Shown here piece after piece: positions 22,313 through 33,579 of a DNA stretch of 64,000 bases. The position numbers and the translations under genes were made by a program. This DNA comes from an uncultured Acidobacteriota bacterium (GTDB taxonomy: Bacteria; Acidobacteriota; Thermoanaerobaculia; Gp7-AA8), in assembly GCA_963822445.1 (NCBI GenBank), contig CAWGHO010000001.1:1195967-1259966 (forward strand), read 5' to 3'. Every line of letters starts with the position of its first letter. The first letter of the stretch is position 1. The notes under the pieces were generated by a model. It was not told where the DNA came from. It searched no databases and saw only the letters and a program-made list of their open reading frames with translations.

Positions 22313-23779
22313 GTGCGCATCATCGGCACAGGTCTTCGGGGCCCGGTCCGCGTCCTCTTCGACGTCCGCCAACCGCTACCGGTCGAAGCATTCGTCATCG
22401 GGCGGACCGACACGGAAATCGAAATCCTCACGCCGTCCATCAATTTGCTGGTCGGGCAGCAGCTCGCAGCGACGATTCGCGTCGTCACCGCTGCGGGGAC
22501 GAATTCTGAGCAACACCTGACGTTGCACGAGGGGTTCACCTTCCGCAGAGATATCCTCACGCCGCGGATCGTCACGCTCGCTCCCAACTCGGGATCTGTT
22601 GTGGGCGGGTTGCGTGTGACGATTTTCGGCGACGGCTTCCAGGCGCCGGTGCAGGTCATGGTGTTCACCGACGATGCTCCGCTCGGCGCCGAGGCGCGCG
22701 TCATGAACGTGCAGTTCGACCAGATCGTGATCGAGATGCCCTCGGCAAACGACGCGCGCGCCGTCGCAGGCCAACCGATCCACGTCCGCGTGCGGAACAT
22801 CAACTCGGGCACGGACGCGGTGCTGCGCAACGCGTTCGTTTACCGGCCGCCCATCGAGATCACGTCCATCTCCCCCACCATCGGTCCGGCTGACGGCGGA
22901 ACGGAGCTGCACATCACCGGCATCGGCTTCGAGAATCCGTCGATCGTGCTCGTGGGCAACATTCCCGCGCTGGTGTTGCGCATCTCCCCGACGCTGATCG
23001 TCGCGAGAACGGGGCGTCTGGAAACGACGACCTGCAGCGACATGACCGCGGCGGTGCGGGTCATCGACATCAACAAGGGCTACTTCGCCGACGGACCTCC
23101 GTTCACGTATTCCGTGAGCAGGCCGGTCATCCTCGACGTTGCGCCACGGATCGCCGAGGTCGGCACGATGGTGGAAGTCGACCTGGTGAATGCCAACGGC
23201 ATGAACGCGATGGTGAGCCTGGGCGGCGAAACCTTTTCCGCGCCGATCTCCGGCTCGAAACTGAACTTCTTCGTCCCTGCTTCACTGCCCTTCCACCAGA
23301 CGCCCTGCACGCTCGAAGGAATCGACGGAACCGGCCCGGCAGCCTTCGTCGCCGATCTGACCATCACCGATGCCGCGGGATGCACGATCGTCGAACCGTC
23401 CGCCATCACGGTGCTGCCCGCGGCTCACACGCTCTGCACGATTCCGCCCTCCGCCCAAGTGATCGCACCGGACGAAGGACACTGCCTCCGCTTCGGACGA
23501 AACAAACCGCGAACGCGAACGATCTCCATCCTTAATCGCGACCTCCCCGGCCGCTCGCCTCTGTACGTGACCGGCATGTCCCTCACCGGCCCGGCCGCCG
23601 CGGAGTTCGTGCTCGTACGCACATCACCGAATGCCTTTGCCGAACCCGGCGAGACGATCGACTTCGACGTGACGTTCACAGGCGAGGTAGAAGGCTACCG
23701 CGCCGCCAGAGCGACGTTTCACACGAACGATCCGGAGAGGCCGGTGGTCTCTGTGTGTTTGAGTGGGTTTAGGTACTAG
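22313..23779 (+). CDS. Surface protein with multiple IPT/TIG domains; true start probably further upstream
   Basis: Repeated IPT starts (…ITSISPTIGPADGGTELHITGIGF…). An in-frame signal-peptide-like segment LLSLLFCFVAWSAAADV extends upstream to the glpK stop without an ATG, suggesting a non-canonical start or an indel. Confidence 0.6.
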   Translation: MRIIGTGLRGPVRVLFDVRQPLPVEAFVIGRTDTEIEILTPSINLLVGQQLAATIRVVTAAGTNSEQHLTLHEGFTFRRDILTPRIVTLAPNSGSVVGGLRVTIFGDGFQAPVQVMVFTDDAPLGAEARVMNVQFDQIVIEMPSANDARAVAGQPIHVRVRNINSGTDAVLRNAFVYRPPIEITSISPTIGPADGGTELHITGIGFENPSIVLVGNIPALVLRISPTLIVARTGRLETTTCSDMTAAVRVIDINKGYFADGPPFTYSVSRPVILDVAPRIAEVGTMVEVDLVNANGMNAMVSLGGETFSAPISGSKLNFFVPASLPFHQTPCTLEGIDGTGPAAFVADLTITDAAGCTIVEPSAITVLPAAHTLCTIPPSAQVIAPDEGHCLRFGRNKPRTRTISILNRDLPGRSPLYVTGMSLTGPAAAEFVLVRTSPNAFAEPGETIDFDVTFTGEVEGYRAARATFHTNDPERPVVSVCLSGFRY

Positions 23780-23783
23780 TTGC

Positions 23784-23865
23784 GGGGTTGCGGGGTTTCG
23801 GGGTTACGAGGGAGTCACCCCACTGCTAACCCCGTAACCTCGTGACCCCGAAACCCCGTCACCCC
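23784..23865. other. G4-forming G-rich tract followed by a C-rich tract, together forming a 21-bp near-perfect inverted repeat (terminator-like hairpin)
   Basis: GGGG-TTGC-GGGG-TTTC-GGGG-TTACGA-GGG (23784-23812), then CCCC runs through 23865. The arms CGGGGTTTCGGGGTTACGAGG and CCTCGTGACCCCGAAACCCCG lie immediately after the TIG-protein stop (23777-79). Confidence 0.7.
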
Positions 23866-23898
23866 TGCTACCATCACCAAACACAGAGAGGACAATTC

Positions 23899-26021
<2,123 letters not shown>

Positions 26022-26025
<4 letters not shown>

Positions 26026-27554
26026 CGAACCGTCACGCCGGCGCTGAACTCGGTGATGTACATGTCGGGCGCGTCGAGAAACTCGGCTGAGCTGACGAGC
26101 GCGGTCACGATCTGCCCGCGCAGGTCTTCGCGGATCTCCACCGCGAATGAAAAGTTGTCGCCCGTGGGCAGGCCCGAAGCTGACACATACCGCTGCCCCT
26201 CTGCATTTCCGCTCGGATTCAAGGCGGGCGAAACGTAAATCCAGACGGACCTCTTCGGCCCAGTCACGCTTCGCGGCGGAAAGGTTCCCCTCACAACGGT
26301 CACGGCCCTTTGCGCATCGTAGTAAGCGTCGGTGATCGTGGGCCGCGGACGGATCCGCGGATCGGTGTCGGACGACGGACCATCGAGACCCCAATCGATG
26401 CCTGTGATTCCGTTCGAATGCATCGAACCGGTGAATGACGCGTTTCTGAGATGGGTCGCCAGGGCCAGGCCGAATTCACCGTTGTGCGCGATCTCCGTCG
26501 AGCTCACCAGCATGGCGCCGAAGGCCGCGAACACGCCGCTCGCTCCGTTGCCGAGGACCTTCGATGACGACAGGTGCGTAATGCCATTCCAGTGGAAGAT
26601 GCCCGAGCGCCGATTGCCGCTGATCAGGCAATTCCGCACTTCGACGTAGCCGGCCTCGCGGAACACGCCGACACCGCGCGTATTCGGCCGCGCGATTTTC
26701 CCGGTGATGTCCGTGCCGAGGAAGAGGCCGGTCAGGTGCACGTTCGGACCGCGGTCGCGAATGAGCACCGCGTAATCGGGGAAGTCGTTGATGGCCAGGT
26801 CTTCCAGATGCCACGCGCCGAAACACTTCGTGGCGCCGAACTCGAAGCCGCTGCCGGTGGTGAGCCTGCGTCCGGTGATCTCGAGGCGGCGGTCGCCGGT
26901 GATCTGCGCATTCGCGCGCATCTCCACGTTGCAACTGGTGATGACCGGGAGAGGCGTCAGCAGCTCGATGGTCGAATACTGCGGAAGGTCGAAGAGGATC
27001 CTGCAGGTGCTGTTGTCGCCGCAGTGTTCGTTGCTCTCGGTGATGACCGTTCGCAGCGTGTCCGGTCCTGAATCGGCGGTCGACCGGACGATGTAGGTCC
27101 CGAACGTCGTCGCCCGAACCTGGGCCGTGGCCTGGCTGAACGTCTTCGGCGGCTCCACCGTCGCTGTTGCCACGGCCGAGAAGTGCATGCCCCGTTGATC
27201 GGACGGGAGCTCGATGCTGATCTTCACTCCCTGAGCAGTCGACGTCACGGGAAGGGACGCGCGCGTGCAACGAACGTCGTTCGCTCCCAGGACGCACTGC
27301 CACTCGTCGCTTTCCGGCGCGATGGAGACGCGTCCGGGCGGCACAGGGATGCGCATGGCCACGTTCCTCCCCGGCTCGCCGCCGGTGTTCCGGATGACCG
27401 CGCGATACGTGATGGTCGTACCGGGCGAGACCGGCCCGCCGGGAGTGATGTCGACGAAGAAGTAGAGGTCGTCGACGGCCAGCGCGGAAAACGTGAGGAG
27501 GGAGGACAGAAGGACGAGGAGGACCCGGGACATGACACTGATAATACGGTTCAT
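26022..27554 (-). CDS. Secreted right-handed parallel beta-helix (pectate-lyase-fold) protein with an N-terminal DUF11-like Ig domain
   Basis: Signal peptide MNRIISVMSRVLLVLLSSLLTFSALA. Repeated NxxIxxN beta-helix rungs (VRNCLISGNRRSGIF…, …VSSTEIAHNGEFGL…). Confidence 0.7.
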
Positions 27555-28473
27555 GCTCGATCAACATCGCTGGCTTCTCTCCGATCGCGTCCGGACGCTC
27601 GCTTTCCGGGACGCGATCCACCAGCTGGTCAAGCCCGGCGACGTCGTAGTCGACCTGGGCAGCGGCTCGGGAATCCTCGCCTTCTTCGCGGCTGAGGCTG
27701 GTGCGGCGCGGGTTTACGCGATCGAGAAGCAGCACATCGCCGACGTGGCTTCGCTGGTCGCGCGGCACAACCGTTATCACGACCGGGTCGTCCTCCTGCA
27801 CGAGTACTCCCTGAAAACGACAGTGCCCGAGCGGGCGAATGTCCTCATCACCGAGACCCTCGGCAACTTCGGTCTCGACGAGCAGATCGCCGGACTGACC
27901 ATCGACGCGCGCGAGCGCTACCTGATGCCGGACGCGATCCTCATTCCCCAGCGCGTCGTGCTGTCCGCGGTTCCGGTCGAGCTTCTGGAGATGTTCGAGC
28001 GGCACATCGAGTGGTGGGGTGAATCGCGTTACGGCGTCGATCTCAAACCGCTGCGCACCTTCGCGTCGAACACGGTTTACGCCGCCGACGTCTCCGAGCG
28101 GGCGCATCTCGCCGCGCCGGCGACGATGGTCGACATCGATCTCCGAACGATAGAGACGTCCGATGCCGCTGGAAAGGCTGTCTTCATCGCGACCCGCGAC
28201 GGCGTGCTGCACGGATTTGCAGGCTGGTTTGCCGCCACGATCGCGCCGGGCATCGTCATCTCCAATCCCGCTCCGCACGACACGCACTGGCAGCAGGCTT
28301 TCCTGCCGGTCGAACATCCCGTCGAAATCAAACGCGGCGACCAGATCGAGCTCGAGTTGCAGACGCACGACGGGCGGGCCTGGCGGTGGCGCGGGCGCGC
28401 CGCGGAGCAGGAGTTCGATCAGACCACCTGGCTCTCCGCGCCTCCGTGCACCCTTCTCGGCGCGCGGGACTAG
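27532..28473 (+). CDS. Protein arginine N-methyltransferase (PRMT)-like class I SAM-dependent methyltransferase
   Basis: PRMT signatures: motif I VVVDLGSGSGILAFFAAEAGAARVYAIE, double-E loop VLITETLGNFGLDEQ, and a THW loop at PAPHDTHWQQAF. The N-terminus HRWLLSDRVRTLAFRDAI aligns with the eukaryotic PRMT pre-motif-I helix. The start overlaps the divergent beta-helix gene start. Confidence 0.75.
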   Translation: MTLIIRFMLDQHRWLLSDRVRTLAFRDAIHQLVKPGDVVVDLGSGSGILAFFAAEAGAARVYAIEKQHIADVASLVARHNRYHDRVVLLHEYSLKTTVPERANVLITETLGNFGLDEQIAGLTIDARERYLMPDAILIPQRVVLSAVPVELLEMFERHIEWWGESRYGVDLKPLRTFASNTVYAADVSERAHLAAPATMVDIDLRTIETSDAAGKAVFIATRDGVLHGFAGWFAATIAPGIVISNPAPHDTHWQQAFLPVEHPVEIKRGDQIELELQTHDGRAWRWRGRAAEQEFDQTTWLSAPPCTLLGARD

Positions 28474-28483
28474 AATTCGCGGC

Positions 28484-29611
28484 ATGTACAGGGCCGCACT
28501 GCTTTTCGTCCTTCTCCTTCCCACGTTTGCATTCGCCCAGGGCCGCCGCGATGGCGACTGGCGTGAGTTTCCCGCGCAGAAAGGGTGCGTCGGCGGCAGC
28601 CGCTGCGCCGACAAGCGCTTCCGCATCGCGCTCGATGACAGGCCGGTCATCGCCGTGCGATTCAGAGCGCATGATCAAATCGGCGAGACGGCCGGCGGCG
28701 TGTTGCGGGTGAAGATCGACGGCGACACGATCCGCGGCTACCTCGATATCCCCCGCGCCGGCGAGCTGTTCACGATCGACGTGGACGAGCTTCGCGGACG
28801 GCAGCTCGTGTTCGAGCCGGTCGCGAATGATGAAGTCGAGATCTCCGACATCGCGGTCATGTACAGCCGCGAGAATACGATCCGCCGCATCCCCGAGGCT
28901 CGTCGGGGCGGGCGGGGCGGCGGCGGACCGGGATGGCGCTCGTATCCGAATGCCTCCGGTTGCATCGGCGGCGACGGCTGCCGCCAGAACGGCACCCGCA
29001 TCACCATCCCTCTCGAAGAAGCCCCGGTCCTCGGCATCCGCTTTCACGCCCACGACAACGTCGGCAAACGCGCCGACGGCAAGCTGAGCGTGCGCATCGA
29101 CGACACGACCATCGGCTGGTCGATCGACGTGCAGCGCAACGGCAAGCGCCATGACGTCGAGGTGGACAACGTCCGCGGCACGCGACTGGTGATCGAGACG
29201 GCGAACGACGACGAAGTCGAAGTCAGCGACGTCGAAGTGCTTTACGGCCGCCGCGGCGGAGTGGGCAGCAATGGCCCGCGCGAGATCGAGCACGAAGGCG
29301 GATGCATCGGCGGATCGGAATGCGGCGGCCGCCGCAATCGCATTCGCGTGGCCCTGCGCGATTACCCCGTCGAATCGATCCGCTTCTACGCCCGCGACGA
29401 CGTCGGCACCAGGGCCGGCGGCGAGCTCCGCATCCGCATCGACGAGGAGATCCTCCGCGATTACCTCGACATCCCCCGCGAAGGCCGCACCTTCACCATC
29501 GACGGCAAAGGCCTGGTCGGCGAGTACCTGATCATCGAGACGACCGAGGATGACGAAGTGGTGATCCGGGACATCAAGGTGAAGTTCGGGACGGGGGAGT
29601 ACGACGATTAG
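28484..29611 (+). CDS. Secreted protein built from three ~120-aa internal repeats, function unknown
   Basis: Signal peptide MYRAALLFVLLLPTFAFA. Each repeat has the form GC(V/I)GG…C…R(I/F)…D.PV..IRF.A.D.(G/V)…G.L.(V/I)(K/R)ID…I……DI.R.G..F.ID……G..LV.E…DE(V/E)(E/V).SD(I/V)…. Confidence 0.7.
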   Translation: MYRAALLFVLLLPTFAFAQGRRDGDWREFPAQKGCVGGSRCADKRFRIALDDRPVIAVRFRAHDQIGETAGGVLRVKIDGDTIRGYLDIPRAGELFTIDVDELRGRQLVFEPVANDEVEISDIAVMYSRENTIRRIPEARRGGRGGGGPGWRSYPNASGCIGGDGCRQNGTRITIPLEEAPVLGIRFHAHDNVGKRADGKLSVRIDDTTIGWSIDVQRNGKRHDVEVDNVRGTRLVIETANDDEVEVSDVEVLYGRRGGVGSNGPREIEHEGGCIGGSECGGRRNRIRVALRDYPVESIRFYARDDVGTRAGGELRIRIDEEILRDYLDIPREGRTFTIDGKGLVGEYLIIETTEDDEVVIRDIKVKFGTGEYDD

Positions 29612-29955
29612 GGGCGCGGAGTTGATTGCGCGTATCGCTACGGGCAATCCGGGTACGCGCCTGGATAAATCGCTTTTCCATTCTGGGGCGTGATCGCGTT
29701 CTGCAGGTAGGCGACTGAAGCGACAATTCCTTAGCCAGTTCAGATTGGCTTGAACACGCGCAATGATTGCAACCCCGCTCGCAAGAACCGCCTATACGTG
29801 CGACCAAAGGCGGTATGGCAGAGTGCCCATCCTGCTGCACCCGACCTTCGTAAGGCGCCGGTTTGGGCTGAGTCCCAAGGTGCACGCGTCGTACTTCAGA
29901 ACAAACCGCACTTCTATACGCAGCCTAAATTCGAGTTATGCCGACGAACCGGAGA

Positions 29956-29962
29956 GTTAGCC
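29956..29962 (+). other. Core-site-like GTTAGCC marking the left boundary of the cassette array (an attC R' or attI-type recombination point)
   Basis: GTTAGCC is identical to the R' core of attC B and is the exact reverse complement of the R'' GGCTAAC found at the cassette ORF stops. GC content drops immediately after it. Confidence 0.4.
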
Positions 29963-29982
29963 AGACGTAAGATAAGCGACGC

Positions 29983-30603
29983 ATGAAATTGATTGCGATA
30001 CTTGAATCATGGGTCATTCCCGACGGAAGTTACCCTCCATTCGCTGTCGGAATGCCGGTAAACCTGTCTTTCGAGATGGCAGTGCGACAGATCTCTATCA
30101 ACGCCGCAGCTGAGGATTCGTTCGAATCGAATGGAGAGGGCGAGTACTCGTTTGCGGGCCGGGTTCTCGCAAAGTACAACGGTGGCGATCCGCTCGCGGT
30201 GGTCGAAGCAAGCGGGTTCCGCTTCTTCCTCGAAGGCACGCGCGCGCAGGAACTTCGCCCCGGTGAACGCGTTCAGGGACTAGGTTCTTTGGTGGTCGAC
30301 TACTACATATGGGTCGAATACGTCAACGAACGTCGTGAGGCGCCGGACCTTTTCTACAACTTGGGCGTTCGCCGTATTCGGCGCGTCCAGATTCCGGATT
30401 CTCTCGTCAGCCGTCACGCCACAGGCAAGGCGCTTCCTGCCCGAGTCGCGCCATCGGAGTTCGGCGCAATCACCGAGTTGCAGACAATGGTCGGACAGGA
30501 ATTTGACGAAGAGTTCTATCTCCTCGACCTAGAAACGACCGATCTAGCAGTGCCGCGGACTTTCTCGGGTGAGCCCCGCGAGTTCCGCCTTGAACGCAGG
30601 TGA
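29983..30603 (+). CDS. Cassette ORF of unknown function (206 aa)
   Basis: Intact ORF, GC about 50-55% against about 69% background. I found no recognisable motifs. Confidence 0.55.
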   Translation: MKLIAILESWVIPDGSYPPFAVGMPVNLSFEMAVRQISINAAAEDSFESNGEGEYSFAGRVLAKYNGGDPLAVVEASGFRFFLEGTRAQELRPGERVQGLGSLVVDYYIWVEYVNERREAPDLFYNLGVRRIRRVQIPDSLVSRHATGKALPARVAPSEFGAITELQTMVGQEFDEEFYLLDLETTDLAVPRTFSGEPREFRLERR

Positions 30604-30658
30604 TCACGGATGAGCGTACTTGTGCGAAAATGCGTAATGCCAGCTGAGGTTCACACTG

Positions 30659-31036
30659 TTGGATTCCGCCGAGATTGAACGAGCTGTTTGGGTTGCGACA
30701 GGCGTCGCGGCAATCACCGCGGCTCTGCTCACAGTCGTTGTGTATTACCTTCAACAACTTACCGTCGCCACCACCGGCATGCGCGTGCTTGGCAGCGTTG
30801 CCGCTTTGCTTCTGTCGTTCGGCGTCTACATCTTTGCGGCAGTCGTATTTTCTATCGTCATAAACGCACAGTTGCGGCAGACGAGTTCCGAGGGAGCGTT
30901 GAGCGTGCCTTGGTCAACTGTCTTCATTCACCCAGGGCCCTTGCACAAACTGGCACCCCTCTTCGCAATAGCTGCAACTTGGGCAACTCTTGCTTTCGTC
31001 GCTAGGCGACACCGTTCGCGAGAAATCGCTGGCTAA
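30659..31036 (+). CDS. Cassette ORF, small membrane protein (125 aa, 2-3 TM helices)
   Basis: Hydrophobic helices AVWVATGVAAITAALLTVVVYYL and LGSVAALLLSFGVYIFAAVVFSIV. The stop TAA is embedded in the attC inverse core GGCTAAC. Confidence 0.55.
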   Translation: MDSAEIERAVWVATGVAAITAALLTVVVYYLQQLTVATTGMRVLGSVAALLLSFGVYIFAAVVFSIVINAQLRQTSSEGALSVPWSTVFIHPGPLHKLAPLFAIAATWATLAFVARRHRSREIAG

Positions 31037-31968
31037 CTGTTGCGTCTCAGGACGTTGTTCCGATCCAGGCGACTGATGGGTGGATTGTAAGAGAGCGCGG
31101 TATGCGCTCGGTGGTAGTTGTAGAAGTGAAGGTACGGTGCGAGCCAACGGCGCCGTTCCTCGGAGCTGTGGTACGAGAACCGATAGGCCCATTCGCGCAG
31201 CAGCGTCTGGATGAACCGCTCCGCTTTACCGTTCGTCCGTGGTGTGTACGGCCGGATGCGGACGTGAGTGAGGTTCAGGCGGCTGCAGGTATCCCGGAAG
31301 TCGCGTGAGATGAAGGCCGATCCGTTGTCGGTCATCACCCGCTCGACGATGACATTCCGCTGAGCGAACCACGCCACCGCCCGAGTCAAAAACGAGCTGG
31401 CAGTCTCGCTACGCTCATCTGCCAGGACGTCGACGTAGGAGAGTCGGGTGAAGTCATCCGTCGCGACGTACACGAACTCGAAGCCCTGCTTCTTTGAGCC
31501 AAACGATCGACGCCTGGTGATGCGGTGTCCCACTCGATTGAACCGTCCCAGGCGCTTGATGTCGATGTGCACCAGTTCCCCCGGACGCTCCTTCTCGTAC
31601 CGAATTGGCACTGTTGCCGGCTCAAGCTGACGCAACCGAGCCAGCCCTGCTGACCGGCAGATCCGCGCTGCTGTCGACGCACTCACGCCCACTGCCTGCG
31701 CGATCTGTCGCACAGTCCGCCATTCGCGGCGAAGACTCAGAACACGCTGTCGTTTTATGTCGCTCGTGGCCCGGCCCCTGTGCGGTCTGGAGCTCCGATC
31801 GTTAAGCGGCTCGACCCTCAGACCACGACGGATCCACTCCCGCCCTCGCCGGTCACTCATACCGGCGGCCTCCGACGCCTCGCGCACCGACCATCCTTGT
31901 TCGCAGACTCGCTTGACCAGCAGTGCTCGACTCAACGGGCAGCTTCGCGCATTCTTGTGCACGTCCAT
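31033..31968 (-). CDS. IS481-family DDE transposase (integrase-core type)
   Basis: 311-aa ORF with an N-terminal helix-turn-helix and an rve integrase core (…HIDIKRL…VYVATDDFTRLSYV…TDNGSAF…). Its TAG stop lies in the duplicated target (plus-strand cta at 31033-35), as is typical for IS481. Confidence 0.85.
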   Translation of the reverse strand: MDVHKNARSCPLSRALLVKRVCEQGWSVREASEAAGMSDRRGREWIRRGLRVEPLNDRSSRPHRGRATSDIKRQRVLSLRREWRTVRQIAQAVGVSASTAARICRSAGLARLRQLEPATVPIRYEKERPGELVHIDIKRLGRFNRVGHRITRRRSFGSKKQGFEFVYVATDDFTRLSYVDVLADERSETASSFLTRAVAWFAQRNVIVERVMTDNGSAFISRDFRDTCSRLNLTHVRIRPYTPRTNGKAERFIQTLLREWAYRFSYHSSEERRRWLAPYLHFYNYHRAHTALSYNPPISRLDRNNVLRRNS

Positions 31969-32071
31969 CTGGGTTCCTTCCTGTCAACCTGTTCGTTTGA
32001 GAGCTTTCAGATTGACGAAAGTCGCCCGGATGGACAACCCGCTTCAAGGAACAACGTCCTGACACATCACA
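31038..32071 (-). mobile_element. IS481-family insertion sequence (1034 bp) with 25-bp imperfect terminal inverted repeats and a 6-bp target-site duplication GCTAAC
   Basis: Left end TGTTGCGTCTCAGGACGTTGTTCC; reverse complement of the right end TGTGATGTGTCAGGACGTTGTTCC. Flanking direct repeats GCTAAC at 31032-37 and 32072-77. It is inserted exactly in the attC R'' core. Confidence 0.8.
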
Positions 32072-32129
32072 GCTAACTACTGCCAGGAGCTGTCGGCGGG
32101 CCGTTCGCCGCGCCCGGCGGCCGAGCCGC
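32072..32129 (+). other. attC A, left (R''-L'') portion, between the two IS insertions
   Basis: GCTAAC-TACTGCCAGGAGCTGTCGGCGGGCCG…GCGGCCGAGCCGC. Together with 31031-31037 it reconstitutes GGCTAACTACTGCCAGGAGCTG, homologous to the left ends of attC B and C. Confidence 0.6.
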
Positions 32130-33456
32130 ATTCGCATTAAGTTAAGAGCCGGCGTACCCTAAGTGTATGAATCGACGGGTGGATGAGCGGGAGTGGATTC
32201 AGTATCAATGGGACTATCTGGTGGCGCTGCTGGGTGGCAAGCGGCGCATTGAGCGGCTGGCGTATGAGACCGGTGCATTTACGCGACGGCGGAAGGTCGA
32301 TAGTCCAAGTGATCTGCTGCGTCTGATCTTCACGTGGGCGGTTGCCGAACGGTCGTTGCAAGAGACTGCGGCCTTGGCTGCCGAGTCGGAACTGGCGGAT
32401 CTGAGCGCGCCCGCTCTGCTGGGCCGATTCTCACAGGCCGAGGCGTGGCTCGGGGCAGTTCTGGGTGATCTGCTCGCTGCGCGGAGCGCGGTCACCTACC
32501 GGGTACCGACGTCCGGTTAATCGATGCCACCTCAATCAGTTGCCGTGGCAGCAACAACACCGAGCGCCGGGTCCATCTCGCGCTGGATCTACGTACGAAC
32601 CGCACCACAGCGGTCGACCTCTCTGACCGGCACGGAGGCGAGACGCTGGAGCGCTTTGTCTTTCGTCCAGGGGAGATCGTGATTGCCGATCGCGGATATG
32701 CGAAGCGTAAGGACGTTGCGCACGTGTCGCGAAGCGGTGCATGGTTTGTGATCCGGATCGGCTGGACCAACCTGCCGCTCGAGCATCTGGACGGGGAACC
32801 TTTCGACCTGATTGGAACGCTTGGCGGCCTCCCTGAGGCGGCGGCTGCAGAGTTTTCCGTTCAGATTCGTACGGCGAAGGATGCGTTGGTGCCGTGCCCT
32901 GGTGGCTGTACGGAAGAGCGAACCAGCCGCCGAGCGCGCACGGCAGCAGATCCTCGCCGACGCCCGACGGCACGGCAATCCGCAGGTCGACCTGCGCACA
33001 CTCGAAGCCGCGGGGTGCATATTCGTCATCACCAATTTGCCCAACGAGATCTCGCCGAGAGCGTGCTGGAGCTCTATCGCCTACGGTGGCAGATCGAGAT
33101 CAAGTTCAAGACCCTCAAGTCCGTACTTCACCTCGGAAACCCGCCGACCCGAAGCGGCGAGCTGCTGAACGTTTATCTCATGGCGAAGCTGATCGTTGCG
33201 CTGCTGATCGAGGAGTTCATCTATCAGGCCGAGTCTATTTCCCCCTGGGGATACCCGCTCGAGGCCAATACAACCGTGGCGGCTGACGCGACTCCTGCTT
33301 GAAGCTGTGATCGCCGCAATCCGGCCAGTGCTGTCGCTGCGACTCCGCTGGAGTCGGCCCCTTCGCTGTTCCCGTCATCTTGCCCAAGCGAATAGAAGTC
33401 GACCAAACCAGCGCACGTCGGCACGCTACGTTACTGGAGACATAAGTTAATGCGAA
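32130..33456 (+). mobile_element. IS4-family insertion sequence (1327 bp) with 17-bp imperfect terminal inverted repeats and a 13-bp target-site duplication
   Basis: Left inverted repeat ATTCGCATTAAGTTAAG; reverse complement of the right end ATTCGCATTAACTTATG. Direct repeats GCGGCCGAGCCGC at 32117-32129 and 33457-33469. Confidence 0.75.
32167..33302 (+). pseudogene. IS4-family DDE transposase, one frameshift near 32470-32517
   Basis: N-terminal piece 32167..32520. Continuation LIDATSISCRG…IVIADRGYAKR…YRLRWQIEIKFKTLKSVLHL (DDE_Tnp_1 signature) runs in another frame from about 32517 to 33302. Confidence 0.7.
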
Positions 33457-33579
33457 TGCGGCCGAGCCGCCTACCACGTCCCGCGATGCACGGCGTCACG
33501 CCGCTTGCAACCGCGTCAACGTCAAATGCGGCAAGCGGCGTGCCGCGACTGCTCGCTCGCACGTGGGGCCTCGCCGCAG
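33457..33579 (+). other. attC A, right (L'-R') portion, ending in the core GTTCGTC
   Basis: …ACGGCGTCACGCCGCTTGCAACCGC…CCGCAGCTCAGGCGATAGAC-GTTCGTC is homologous along its length to attC B (…ACGGCGTCACGGCGGTTGCAGG…GCGCAGCTCAGGCGATAGAC-GTTAGCC). Confidence 0.6.

Noticed and set aside
28163-28483. N-terminal 107 aa of ORF 28163..29611
   Set aside because: Overlaps the PRMT-like gene in another frame. The true start is the ATG at 28484 with a signal peptide.
31780-32076. 98-aa plus-strand ORF whose stop coincides with the attC core
   Set aside because: Lies inside and antisense to the IS481 transposase; the coincidence arises from the target duplication.
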